Part shown: piece after piece, positions 48,761 to 57,686 of the stretch
Position numbering within the stretch: the stretch's first letter is position 1
Layout: the number at the start of each line of letters is the position of its first letter
IMG/VR virus record: IMGVR_UViG_3300028048_003161
From: a virus
Lineage: Duplodnaviria; Caudoviricetes
Length of the DNA: 64,000 nt
Strand: one strand, 5' to 3'
Made by a program: the position numbers and the translations under genes
Notes under the pieces: model-generated
Told to the model about the DNA's origin: nothing
The model's database searches: none
What the model saw: only the letters and a program-made list of their open reading frames with translations

Positions 48761-50362
48761 ATGTATAAGATCAATTCAAAAGTTGACAAGCCTGACATTG
48801 GTAACATGTCCATTACAATTGATAAGATGATGCGTCGTGGAGTAAGAATCAACATTAACAAATGTCAGAATCTTCGTGACTATTATCTGAACTTGATGAA
48901 TGTGTTAAAAGAGGACTTTGCTACAAAATATGGTGTATCAAATCCTAATAGTAGTAATCAGTTGGTTGCTTATTTGAGCAGTAAGGCAGATGAGGTAAGC
49001 CTTGGTGTCAAGAATGACATTCTGAATATATGTTATGACGGCGAGACAGGTAAGTGGACAACTAACAAGGAGGCAATGCATAAGTTGTCAGACTTGGGGT
49101 ATGCTTTCGCTCAGGATTTATTGGATTACAGGGCAGCTAAAAAATATGCAGAGACACTTAATATGTTGTGTGCATTCTCTGATGAAGGTGGTTTAGTGCA
49201 TCCTAGAATCACATTGGGCAAGACAAATAGAGTAAACTACTCTGATCCTGCACTTATGACAATTCCAAAGACATTGTTATGGGATGTAATTACATCTTAT
49301 GAGGATGGAAATACATTGTACAGTGTTGATATCAAGAATCAGGAGCCTAGCATTCTGATTAACCTGACAGGGGCAGAGGAGTTATATTATGCATTGGAAA
49401 GTCCTGATGGACTTTATGAAACAATGTTTAAGCAGTGTTTCAGTCCAACTACGAAAGCAACAATTCTGGTAGATACATTGCCTGAAAATAGAGTATACAG
49501 TATTGAAGAGTTGAGAAAGCTTGGAACAGTTTCACCTGCAACATATTCAGCAATTAGACCTAATTGTGAGAATATGACAATCAATGGTAAAAAGATTGAT
49601 GCAATTGAGGTTGTTTGTGCAGGCAGTGAGAAAGGTTTAAGACCTGTATTACCTGATACAGTGAAAGTAATTCTTGAGGACAGTGAGGTTTGTGATGTAC
49701 CTGTAACTTGGGAGAGCTGTGACAAGAAGTATAAGAAGAGTGCAGACTATGCACTTGTTGGACACCTTGGTGGGGTTGATATGACAGTATCAAAGGCTGA
49801 ACGCAATGAGTTTAAGACAGCATACTTAGCATTGTCTTACGGGGCATCTAAATTTGGAATTAAGAAAATTTGTAAAATTATTGATGGCGCTAGAGTGTAT
49901 GATTACATTACAAAAATTGAGGCGATCAAGAAGTACAGGAGCATGATTACTAAGTACAGTAAAGAAGGAAATACTTGCATTGGTACAACATTTGGTACAA
50001 TGCTGGATGTTGGTGAGATTGATAATGAGAGAGCAAAGATTAGAACAATGCTGGACTTACCTATTCAGGGTACAGGCGCTGATATTTTAAGCCTACTCAT
50101 TAAGAGGTTTGAAACATACACTCAGGAGCATGGACTTGCAGAGTATATGAGTTTATACTTCACTAGACATGATGAGTTAGTCATTGAGGTTAAGAAAGAG
50201 TATTGTGATAAGACATCAGAGGATGAAATCAGTAACATCTTAACAGATATGATTGCATATCAGATTGATGATTGGGTACCTGCAAAAGTAGAGGTTAAGA
50301 AGCTGAATAACAATGAGAGCATTGATGTTCAGAGAGGATTTGCATCTGAAGATGAGGACTAA
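48761..50362 (+). CDS. family A DNA polymerase, polymerase domain only, with ~115-aa insertion
   Basis: NPNS..QL, KTNR, motif A DIKNQEP, motif B RNEFKTAYLALSYG, IQGTGAD, motif C HDEL. Confidence 0.88.
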   Translation: MYKINSKVDKPDIGNMSITIDKMMRRGVRININKCQNLRDYYLNLMNVLKEDFATKYGVSNPNSSNQLVAYLSSKADEVSLGVKNDILNICYDGETGKWTTNKEAMHKLSDLGYAFAQDLLDYRAAKKYAETLNMLCAFSDEGGLVHPRITLGKTNRVNYSDPALMTIPKTLLWDVITSYEDGNTLYSVDIKNQEPSILINLTGAEELYYALESPDGLYETMFKQCFSPTTKATILVDTLPENRVYSIEELRKLGTVSPATYSAIRPNCENMTINGKKIDAIEVVCAGSEKGLRPVLPDTVKVILEDSEVCDVPVTWESCDKKYKKSADYALVGHLGGVDMTVSKAERNEFKTAYLALSYGASKFGIKKICKIIDGARVYDYITKIEAIKKYRSMITKYSKEGNTCIGTTFGTMLDVGEIDNERAKIRTMLDLPIQGTGADILSLLIKRFETYTQEHGLAEYMSLYFTRHDELVIEVKKEYCDKTSEDEISNILTDMIAYQIDDWVPAKVEVKKLNNNESIDVQRGFASEDED

Positions 50363-50396
50363 ACACAGGGTAGAGTAGGTGTAAAATAGTGGAGTA

Positions 50397-50435
50397 ACAA
50401 AAGGACATGATTTTTATGAAAACATGTCCTTTTGT
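50397..50435 (+). terminator. rho-independent terminator
   Basis: acaaaaggacatg...catgtccttttgtt. Confidence 0.75.
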
Positions 50436-50560
50436 TATACAGATTGAACACTTGGAGAAACCGGATAGACTAGTTTGCGTTTGGAATTGAGCAAAAGTAT
50501 GAACTTATAAAATATAAAAAGTATATTAAATTTTATTTATTTTGGACAGGAGATACTTAA

Positions 50561-52204
50561 ATGAAAGAGCATGGGATAAAGAAAGGAACAGCATTAGTAA
50601 TTAGTCTTGGGCTTATGATTGTAATGGTAATTAGCAGTTTAGCAGGATGCAGTACACTCAAGAATGAGATGTTAGACGCAATGAATAAGAAAGAGAACAT
50701 TCACATGTCTGTTGCTAACGTTGGAGAGGACAAGGACACAGAAGATGTGCAGTGGATTGAATTAGATCAGCTTACAAGTTATCCAGATATCAGAAATAAG
50801 TTTGATGATGCATTCAATACAACAAGATTTGACAAGAGTTCAAAGAATGGTTGCATTTATGTTGATACAGATGGTAACTGGTGTGGAAACAGCACATTAT
50901 ATAATGCTTTTATGAACAAGGTATTTGTTGAAGATCATTGGAAAGATAGCAATAATCAACATGAGATTGCAGAGGTTGCTAAGAAAGAATTCAGTGATAT
51001 CAATAGTGATTACACAGGATTTATGGCAGCAACAAATGTTTATTTTAACTTGATGCCTGTGAATGAAGATGGTACATCAGGAATGAATAACAACATCAGT
51101 AGAAAAGTTGCAATGTCAGTGTTATATAAAGCTGATAACAGTGTAATGTTAAAAGATACAGATAGCAAGTTTAGTGAAGCAGTTGGAAATAGGGCAGAGG
51201 CAGTTGAAAATAGCGCAGAGGCAGTTGGAAATAATGAGAGTGGTACAGAGATTGCAGAGAATGGCACAGAAAAAGAGGTAGATGCAGTAGAAAGTACAGA
51301 GAGTGTCATAGAAAGTAATGTGAATGATGTAGGAGTAAATGAATATGACAATACAGCACAAGAGAGTGAGCAGTATTGTTATTTGCAGACAGATGATGGT
51401 TCATTAAATAGCATTACTTATAATGAGACAATGTCAAAAGCTGAATTGATATATGCATTGGTTAATAAATATTACAGTGATGAATTAAAGAATTACAGTG
51501 GAAATGAGGAATTTACAGATTGTAAAAATGCAGGTAACTTAATTGATAAGTTAGGTTTCAGTGGTAAATATGGTTGTAAGTCATTTACTTTAGAATATGC
51601 ATTACAAAATAAAGACAGTGGACTTCCTAGTGATATGTTTAATGCAATGTGTATTGCAAAGGAACATGGGATTGTTGATGAAGAGACAGGTTGGAATGAG
51701 GGTGTTACAGGAGAGTACTTGATTGACAAGATTACAAAGACATATATGAGTTTATGTGAAAAGAAGTATTTAGTCAGTGCAAACGCTGGAGCAAACACAG
51801 GAGTTAATCTGATAGACAAGGAACTTGAGGAAGAGAAAAAGAAAGATCCAGAGGAACTTGGAGCAGTAACAGTTAAGAAAGAGAGTGATATTGATACAAT
51901 TGATGGACTGCTTGATAAGTATGGAGATGAAATTGATGTTTCTGACAAGGAACTTGAGGAGGATAAGAAAGCAGCTAAGGGTGTAGACCTTGATAGTGTT
52001 GATAAGTACATGTGGGTTGATAATTGTTACTATTTGAATATTAGAGTAGGTCCTGGAACAGAGTACAGAATAGTTAAGTCAGTACCTAAAGGAACAAAGG
52101 TACACGTGGTTGGCAAATGTAAAGACAGTGATTGGTATAGAATGATCTGTGATGGAAAGATTTGTTATCAGTATGGAATTTACCTGTCAAACAAGAAAAG
52201 TTGA
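50561..52204 (+). CDS. surface lipoprotein with degenerate SLH-like repeats and C-terminal SH3b; paralog of 58271-59962
   Basis: LAGC lipobox; ISRK.A / MSKAELIY; LNIRVGPGTEY....V.KGTKV.V....DWY SH3b. Confidence 0.75.
   Translation: MKEHGIKKGTALVISLGLMIVMVISSLAGCSTLKNEMLDAMNKKENIHMSVANVGEDKDTEDVQWIELDQLTSYPDIRNKFDDAFNTTRFDKSSKNGCIYVDTDGNWCGNSTLYNAFMNKVFVEDHWKDSNNQHEIAEVAKKEFSDINSDYTGFMAATNVYFNLMPVNEDGTSGMNNNISRKVAMSVLYKADNSVMLKDTDSKFSEAVGNRAEAVENSAEAVGNNESGTEIAENGTEKEVDAVESTESVIESNVNDVGVNEYDNTAQESEQYCYLQTDDGSLNSITYNETMSKAELIYALVNKYYSDELKNYSGNEEFTDCKNAGNLIDKLGFSGKYGCKSFTLEYALQNKDSGLPSDMFNAMCIAKEHGIVDEETGWNEGVTGEYLIDKITKTYMSLCEKKYLVSANAGANTGVNLIDKELEEEKKKDPEELGAVTVKKESDIDTIDGLLDKYGDEIDVSDKELEEDKKAAKGVDLDSVDKYMWVDNCYYLNIRVGPGTEYRIVKSVPKGTKVHVVGKCKDSDWYRMICDGKICYQYGIYLSNKKS
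51176..51235 (+). repeat. 21-bp in-frame tandem repeat (EAVGNRA/EAVENSA/EAVGNNE)
   Basis: ga(a/g)gcagttg(g/a)aaata three times at 21-bp period. Confidence 0.8.
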
Positions 52205-52281
52205 GAGACAGTGAGTAGTTTAGATGCTAGCAGGTAAGAATAAGTGATGAACTTGGAAATATTAAAGAGATCATTACAAGT

Positions 52282-52653
52282 TTGGTTGATAAGTTTACAG
52301 AATGTACAAGTTGCATTGGTAAAGTAGTTGAAAGCAATGATTCAAATACAGAAAACATTGATGAAGTGATGAAAGCATTTGAGACATTGGATAAGGGCAT
52401 TTCAAATACATCAGACATTGCAAATGAGATCAACACAGTAATTGGAAAATCTGTACATGAGATTGAGAGTATCAACAGTCAGATTGAAGAGATTCAACGT
52501 GGGGCAGAAAGTTCAGCAGCTGCAAGCGAAGAGGTCACTGCTAGTTCAGAGGAATTGACAAGTTTAATGACTGGGGTTGGCAGTGATATGAAATTGCTCA
52601 ACAGTAAAGCACAAGCATTAGTTGAGAAATTAAACAAATTCAAAGTAAATTAA
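52282..52653 (+). pseudogene. C-terminal fragment of a methyl-accepting chemotaxis protein
   Basis: AESSAAASEEVTASSEEL...A..L...L.KFK tail; no signalling hairpin, no RBS, in-frame stops upstream. Confidence 0.6.
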
Positions 52654-52669
52654 GGTAAAAGAAAAACTT

Positions 52670-52722
52670 AAAAACAACATTCATACAAGACATGATGGGC
52701 TGTGGTATGAATGTTGTTTTTT
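52670..52722 (+). terminator. rho-independent terminator
   Basis: aaaaacaacattcatac...gtatgaatgttgtttttt. Confidence 0.8.
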
Positions 52723-52736
52723 ATTGGTAAAATGTA

Positions 52737-52782
52737 GTATGCAGTGGGGTAAAAATTGATACGCAGTATATGAAGGGCATTG
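52737..52782 (+). repeat. dispersed intergenic repeat, copy C
   Basis: gtatgcagtggggtaaaaattgatacgcagtatatgaagggcattg matches both sub-units of copy A. Confidence 0.6.
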
Positions 52783-52972
52783 TTTTTTATTCAATAAAAA
52801 TTTTAATGAAAATTATGGGCATTAAGTGATAGGATTAACATAGATGGGTGGTTGGAATAACAGTGGGTAATTGTGGCATACATTGAAAGATAGATCATAT
52901 ACATTTTGGCATACATAGTATACTTTATGCAGCACATTGGGTTTTGGGCACAGGATTAGTAATGCATTGAAG

Positions 52973-53001
52973 TTGACAGTGGGAGGTTTATTTGGTATAA
53001 T
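52973..53001 (+). promoter_or_regulatory. sigmaA-type promoter
   Basis: TTGACA-17 bp-TATAAT with extended TG. Confidence 0.8.
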
Positions 53002-53041
53002 GTTAGTATAAGGTTGAGAGATAAGAAAGGAAGGAAATGAC

Positions 53042-53647
53042 ATGGAATTATTTAGTACTGACATTGTACTTAACAGAGAAGAGACAATGAAAATTGTGAA
53101 GGACTTTATTAAGAAGGAACACGAATATGCAAGGGATGGTTTAGGATCATATACTTTAATGATGGACAGAAGTAAGAATCAGACCATCTACAATGAGAGT
53201 CCAGGAAGTACTTTGGAAAATTATGTAGGATACTCATTAGAAAACGTAAAGACATTTGATGTGTCTGGACAACGTGAACATGAACTCTGGGCATATGAAT
53301 GGGCGACATTTAAGTCAGTCATGCAAAAGTTATACAGACTTCATAGTAATCAGATGTTAGCTCTGTGTTTTAACTTCATATGTAGTACTACAGGACAGTT
53401 AGATACTGATGACAGCTTCCAGGTTGGTAAGTTTGACACTAAGTTGATGTTTCCGAGCTGGACACTGGTATACCTGACAATTAGTAGAGTAGATGATGAT
53501 CATTTCAGATACGGAATTGTTTACGAGGATATGAATGCTGTCATGACAGGGTCATTCGGAGAGAAACAGGACATCCTGATGTATAGAGTGATTGAGAGAT
53601 ACATTGAGAAAACTACAGGGGTACATCTTCATAAGGAGATTGCCTAG
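53042..53647 (+). CDS. hypothetical protein
   Basis: 201-aa ORF with own promoter and RBS. Confidence 0.7.
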   Translation: MELFSTDIVLNREETMKIVKDFIKKEHEYARDGLGSYTLMMDRSKNQTIYNESPGSTLENYVGYSLENVKTFDVSGQREHELWAYEWATFKSVMQKLYRLHSNQMLALCFNFICSTTGQLDTDDSFQVGKFDTKLMFPSWTLVYLTISRVDDDHFRYGIVYEDMNAVMTGSFGEKQDILMYRVIERYIEKTTGVHLHKEIA

Positions 53648-53765
53648 TGGTTTGGGAAAAATGACAGTGGAATAAGATAGGATAACAGCTTACATAGACA
53701 CTTAACATGATTATGTGTATATGTAAGCATTGTTTAGGTTACAGAATAAGAGAGGGGAACAGGGC

Positions 53766-53984
53766 ATGGGTAAATATGCAAGCGAGCAGGAGATTAAAGA
53801 GAGACAGACATTCACTGAAAAAGCAAAAGCATTAGGAATTGATATTCATAGCATAGATGATTCAAGTGAGTGGGAGAATCCTTACAGAGCAGAAGCATTG
53901 TACCTATTGACAGCAGGGAAAGAGGTACCTGCAGATGTAATAAAGGAGATGCACAAGCTTGATAAGCAACATAGACATGGATAA
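53766..53984 (+). CDS. hypothetical protein
   Basis: GAGGGG RBS before ATG 53766. Confidence 0.6.
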   Translation: MGKYASEQEIKERQTFTEKAKALGIDIHSIDDSSEWENPYRAEALYLLTAGKEVPADVIKEMHKLDKQHRHG

Positions 53985-54026
53985 AAAGAAGGATAAGCAG
54001 TGTATAAACTTTGTTTAGTCATGCAG

Positions 54027-54055
54027 TTGTAAAAATAGGTATTTTGTGGTATAAT
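54027..54055 (+). promoter_or_regulatory. sigmaA-type promoter
   Basis: TTGTAA-17 bp (aaataggtattttgtgg)-TATAAT. Confidence 0.7.
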
Positions 54056-54082
54056 ATAGATAGGAAAGCAGGAGGGTATACT

Positions 54083-54520
54083 ATGTTAAAGATATACTTT
54101 GGAGAAATGAAAAATACAGTGTATGATACATCACTGTACTTTGATAATGTTTATGAGGACAGCTGGCTGACCTCCGATATATCTAAGAAAATGATAAAAG
54201 ACATTGATAAATCAGACGTTCTTGGATCAAACTGCATTCAAAGTCCTGTGCTTGGGCAGATAGCACCTTCTATATTATCAGGTGGTGTAAAAACTCTAAT
54301 CTTAATGGAGTATGACGACAGCTTTGTTTATAATGCATCTATGTGCGGAGATAATTGTGCTAAATGGATTTTAGACATTGCAAAACATAAGGATTTAACA
54401 ATTAATCTGTTTCATACAATGGATTTTGGAGATGGACCATTTGAAATAGAGATATTGAACACTGGAAGAGTAGTTCATAGCAGAAGTGAGTACTTAGATG
54501 AGGCATTCAAGTATGTGTAG
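54083..54520 (+). CDS. DUF4869-family protein
   Basis: MLKIYFG, YFDN.Y...W, MIKDIDKS, SPVLG.I....LSGGVKTLIL, NAS.CGDNCA.W. Confidence 0.8.
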   Translation: MLKIYFGEMKNTVYDTSLYFDNVYEDSWLTSDISKKMIKDIDKSDVLGSNCIQSPVLGQIAPSILSGGVKTLILMEYDDSFVYNASMCGDNCAKWILDIAKHKDLTINLFHTMDFGDGPFEIEILNTGRVVHSRSEYLDEAFKYV

Positions 54521-54532
54521 GAGGTCATAACA

Positions 54533-55030
54533 TTGAAAGGTGAGTACACTATAGAGGTTTGGAATAAGAAAGTTAGGTATGCACTAAGAATTAGAAGAAA
54601 CATTACAGTTATTACAGGAGACAGTGGTACAGGAAAAACAACACTGGTAAAAATGATAGATGCATATGATAATAATGGTATAAGCAGTGGTGTACATTTG
54701 AAATGTGATGTTAGGTGTACTACTTTGCATGGAAAAAATTGGAGAGATACATTAGATAAGATTAGCAACTCAATTGTGTTTATAGATGAGCAGAGTCATT
54801 TCATAACAACAAAAGAATTTGCAGTTGCAATACAGGGTACAGACAATTACTATGTATTGATTACCCGTAACAATTTAGAAGCACTTCCGTATAGTATACA
54901 TGAAATATATGGGTTAAGAGCATATAGCAATAAGGAAACACAAAATGATATGTTTCAGACATTTAATGAGCAGTATGAATTATATGGTGCTAATATTACA
55001 CAGTCAGGCATACAGTCATTAGTGGGGTAA
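54533..55030 (+). CDS. small P-loop ATPase, DUF4869 partner
   Basis: RNITVITGDSGTGKTT, IVFIDE, VLITR, LPYSI.EIY. Confidence 0.75.
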   Translation: MKGEYTIEVWNKKVRYALRIRRNITVITGDSGTGKTTLVKMIDAYDNNGISSGVHLKCDVRCTTLHGKNWRDTLDKISNSIVFIDEQSHFITTKEFAVAIQGTDNYYVLITRNNLEALPYSIHEIYGLRAYSNKETQNDMFQTFNEQYELYGANITQSGIQSLVG

Positions 55031-55035
55031 GACAT

Positions 55036-55842
55036 ATGAAATTAGTAGATTTAACTCACCTTAATTGGACAACTACACATAATGGTGGAGTGTCATATGG
55101 GTGTTATTATAAAGCAACAGAAATTAAAAATGGCAAGAAGTATTATTACAAATGCTCTAATTTCTATTCAAACAACAAGTATTTTGGTGATGAGTCAGCT
55201 AATGAGGTTATTTGTAGCAGGTTATTAAGAATACTTGGCTTTGATTGTGTAAAATACACATTAGTATATGCACTGGTTAAAATAAAGGGAAATGTTTATA
55301 GGACATATGTGTGTAAGTCAGAAAATTTCTTTGTGAGATATGATTCACGTATGACATTGGAGGATATGCATGATTTACATGACAATTTAAGTGTAGATGC
55401 TTTGGTAGCAAGACTTGGCATACAGAGAGCAGTTAAGCATATGATAATTGCTGACTTCATTACACTCCAGAGGGATAGACATGGTGGAAATATAGAGTTG
55501 CTGTGTAAAAACAATAAATGGACAATGAGTCATTTATTTGACAATGGATTAGGGTTACTAGCACCTTTTCCTAGTAAATCAGGTATGAGCATTGAAGCAT
55601 ATGATATATTGGCAGATATACCTGTTAATAACTATATAGGCACTAGAAGTTTGTATCAAAATTTGAGATATATTGATAGACCTATAAAAATTACTAGACT
55701 TACAAAGGCAGATAAGTCAAGGATATTTTATGGATTGCATGATGCATTACCAAAAGAGTATATAGACAAGATATGGAAGTTGATAACATATAGGTATATG
55801 TTTTTGAGGCAGCGAGGTTTTATAGATGATCAGAAAGTTTAA
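55036..55842 (+). CDS. HipA/CtkA-like Ser/Thr kinase toxin
   Basis: G...K, Y.K, E.I.S.L..ILG, D......DRHGGN, FDNG. Confidence 0.8.
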   Translation: MKLVDLTHLNWTTTHNGGVSYGCYYKATEIKNGKKYYYKCSNFYSNNKYFGDESANEVICSRLLRILGFDCVKYTLVYALVKIKGNVYRTYVCKSENFFVRYDSRMTLEDMHDLHDNLSVDALVARLGIQRAVKHMIIADFITLQRDRHGGNIELLCKNNKWTMSHLFDNGLGLLAPFPSKSGMSIEAYDILADIPVNNYIGTRSLYQNLRYIDRPIKITRLTKADKSRIFYGLHDALPKEYIDKIWKLITYRYMFLRQRGFIDDQKV

Positions 55843-56185
55843 GATATACAATAAGAAATTTAAGGAAGTGCAAGCTTATGTTCAGTACAACACTGATACA
55901 AAACAGTTTAGCATGCAGTTGTTAGAGAGTTATGAGGGCATGCATCCTGATTGCATATTTGCAGAACTTCATAAGATGGGTTACATTGAGGTTCCACAGA
56001 GATACGTTGATATGTGGGTTAAAAGCAGGGTAATAACACCTGATAGGCAGGGAATGTCAGGCATTTTAAAAGAACTTGGACTTAAAGAGTATGATAGATT
56101 TCAGTTCTTTTTACTTGGACATGGAGAAAGTCAAATGGACTTTAGTTGTGCAATAGAAATCACTGATGAGGAAAAAAATGAGTAG
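55826..56185 (+). CDS. HipA N-terminal-like (HipS-like) putative antitoxin
   Basis: W..SRV..PDRQ....ILKELGL..YD.F pattern; overlaps kinase stop. Confidence 0.55.
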   Translation: MIRKFKIYNKKFKEVQAYVQYNTDTKQFSMQLLESYEGMHPDCIFAELHKMGYIEVPQRYVDMWVKSRVITPDRQGMSGILKELGLKEYDRFQFFLLGHGESQMDFSCAIEITDEEKNE

Positions 56186-56465
56186 GAATAAGGAAGTAAG
56201 CATGAATATTATAGGGCAGACATTATCAAAAATACCAGTAGACAGAATAAATGGGGCAATGGAGGCAGTGAATAACTCTGTCATACAGTATTTACAGAAA
56301 ACAAGGCATATTAGTAAGCAGGAGGCAATTAAAATGTTTAGTACAACATTAACATGTGAAGCATTAAACGATAAGAATACATTGCTATTTTGCGAATCAA
56401 CAGCATATGTACAAAATATGCTTGAACAGGAACTTTCAGGCAATTGGGATAAATGGATGGTATAG
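56178..56465 (+). CDS. DUF3791-like helical protein
   Basis: IS..EA...F..T.T...L.D..T.L..ES..YV...L..EL. Confidence 0.55.
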   Translation: MSRNKEVSMNIIGQTLSKIPVDRINGAMEAVNNSVIQYLQKTRHISKQEAIKMFSTTLTCEALNDKNTLLFCESTAYVQNMLEQELSGNWDKWMV

Positions 56466-56475
56466 GAGGTTCTAC

Positions 56476-56691
56476 ATGGTAGATTTTGATAACATTGAGG
56501 TCATAGATGGGTACATTGAGGCAGATGCATACGTTGAAACAGAAGGTATTAGAGAGCACATAAGAGCAAAAATAGATGGCACATATCACTCATCACAGAC
56601 CCGTGTAATAATTGCAGGTACAGCTAATTTAATAAGTATGTACAATAGAGAAGGTAAATTACCAAAGAAAACGACAATAGCTTGGTATTAA
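56476..56691 (+). CDS. small putative immunity protein, paralog of 56991-57206
   Basis: MV.F.NI.V.DGYI.A.A....I.AKIDG.YHSS...KLPKK.T..W; AGGAGG RBS. Confidence 0.65.
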   Translation: MVDFDNIEVIDGYIEADAYVETEGIREHIRAKIDGTYHSSQTRVIIAGTANLISMYNREGKLPKKTTIAWY

Positions 56692-56721
56692 ATTACTTAT
56701 TAAGAAAGGAGATGAGACAAT

Positions 56722-56967
56722 ATGAAGAAATACAACTCAAATGAAATACATGTAGGCATGCACATTGATGATCCTGATCAGTTAAGCAAAATTTATGATA
56801 CATGGATAATTATGACAAAAGACATAGATAAAGAAGGGTACACAATTGGGTTTATAGGGGCTGAGCCTACAGAAGAGTCTGATAAACTTTTCAAACATCC
56901 AGCAGGCGTATGTCCTGTATACAACAGCAGTGAAGAATTAGATGAGGACGTAGAATTTATAGATTAA
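56722..56967 (+). CDS. hypothetical protein
   Basis: AAGGAG RBS, 81 aa. Confidence 0.65.
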   Translation: MKKYNSNEIHVGMHIDDPDQLSKIYDTWIIMTKDIDKEGYTIGFIGAEPTEESDKLFKHPAGVCPVYNSSEELDEDVEFID

Positions 56968-56990
56968 GCAATCAAAAGGAGGATGGCAGT

Positions 56991-57206
56991 ATGGTAACTT
57001 TTACAAACATTAGAGTGGTAGACGGTTATATTTATGCAAATGCTTGGAATGAAATGAATGGCATTAAAGAAAGTATAAAAGCAAAGATAGATGGATCTTA
57101 TCACTCATCTAACGATAACGGCATAATTAAAGCTACATGGAATTTAGTAATAGAATATGAGGATAAACATAAGTTACCTAAGAAAATGACAGTTACATGG
57201 GGGTAA
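56991..57206 (+). CDS. small putative immunity protein, paralog of 56476-56691
   Basis: same motif series; AGGAGG RBS; directly precedes toxin-like ORF. Confidence 0.65.
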   Translation: MVTFTNIRVVDGYIYANAWNEMNGIKESIKAKIDGSYHSSNDNGIIKATWNLVIEYEDKHKLPKKMTVTWG

Positions 57207-57213
57207 AGATACT

Positions 57214-57639
57214 ATGATACACATAAGCGGAGCACAAAATCCTAATTTACTAAGCAGCCAGAAAAAAGCTAAGCAGATGTATGAAGAGATAGGAAATAGA
57301 AAGAGAGATGTAATTAATGTATCTAGACATACAGGATTTTCCATAGAACAGTGTCAAATAATAAAGAACTATGCATTCATAGATCGACACATATTAAGTA
57401 GTGGATATAAACCATTTTTCCCTGACTTTGCAATGGCATCATCTTGGTATAGGCTTGCAGAAAGAGATGGTAATAACATAAAAGCACATGATGTATTGAT
57501 GTTGTACCATGAGTTGTATGAGATACAGTTACTAATAAGTGACCCTAATATGACACAAGCAACAGCACATAAATTAGCTGAGGCAAAATATAACTATGCA
57601 GCGGCATGTGATGCTTATTATGAGCACAGTATGAAATAG
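57214..57639 (+). CDS. stand-alone polymorphic-toxin-like domain (HExxE...H)
   Basis: IKNY.F...H, F.PD..MA.SW.RL, HD..ML.HEL.E, AH..A..KYNY. Confidence 0.55.
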   Translation: MIHISGAQNPNLLSSQKKAKQMYEEIGNRKRDVINVSRHTGFSIEQCQIIKNYAFIDRHILSSGYKPFFPDFAMASSWYRLAERDGNNIKAHDVLMLYHELYEIQLLISDPNMTQATAHKLAEAKYNYAAACDAYYEHSMK

Positions 57640-57686
57640 ATGCACAAGTATTTCAACCAGAACAGTAATAGAAAGGAATAATACAT

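Noticed and set aside
49440-49790. Intein in the DNA polymerase
   Set aside because: No C-terminal His-Asn followed by Cys/Ser/Thr and no LAGLIDADG motif; the insert looks Ig-like.
54011-54082. N-terminal extension of the DUF4869 ORF given in the ORF track
   Set aside because: It overlaps a clear promoter; the RBS and family start (MLKIYFG) point to ATG 54083.
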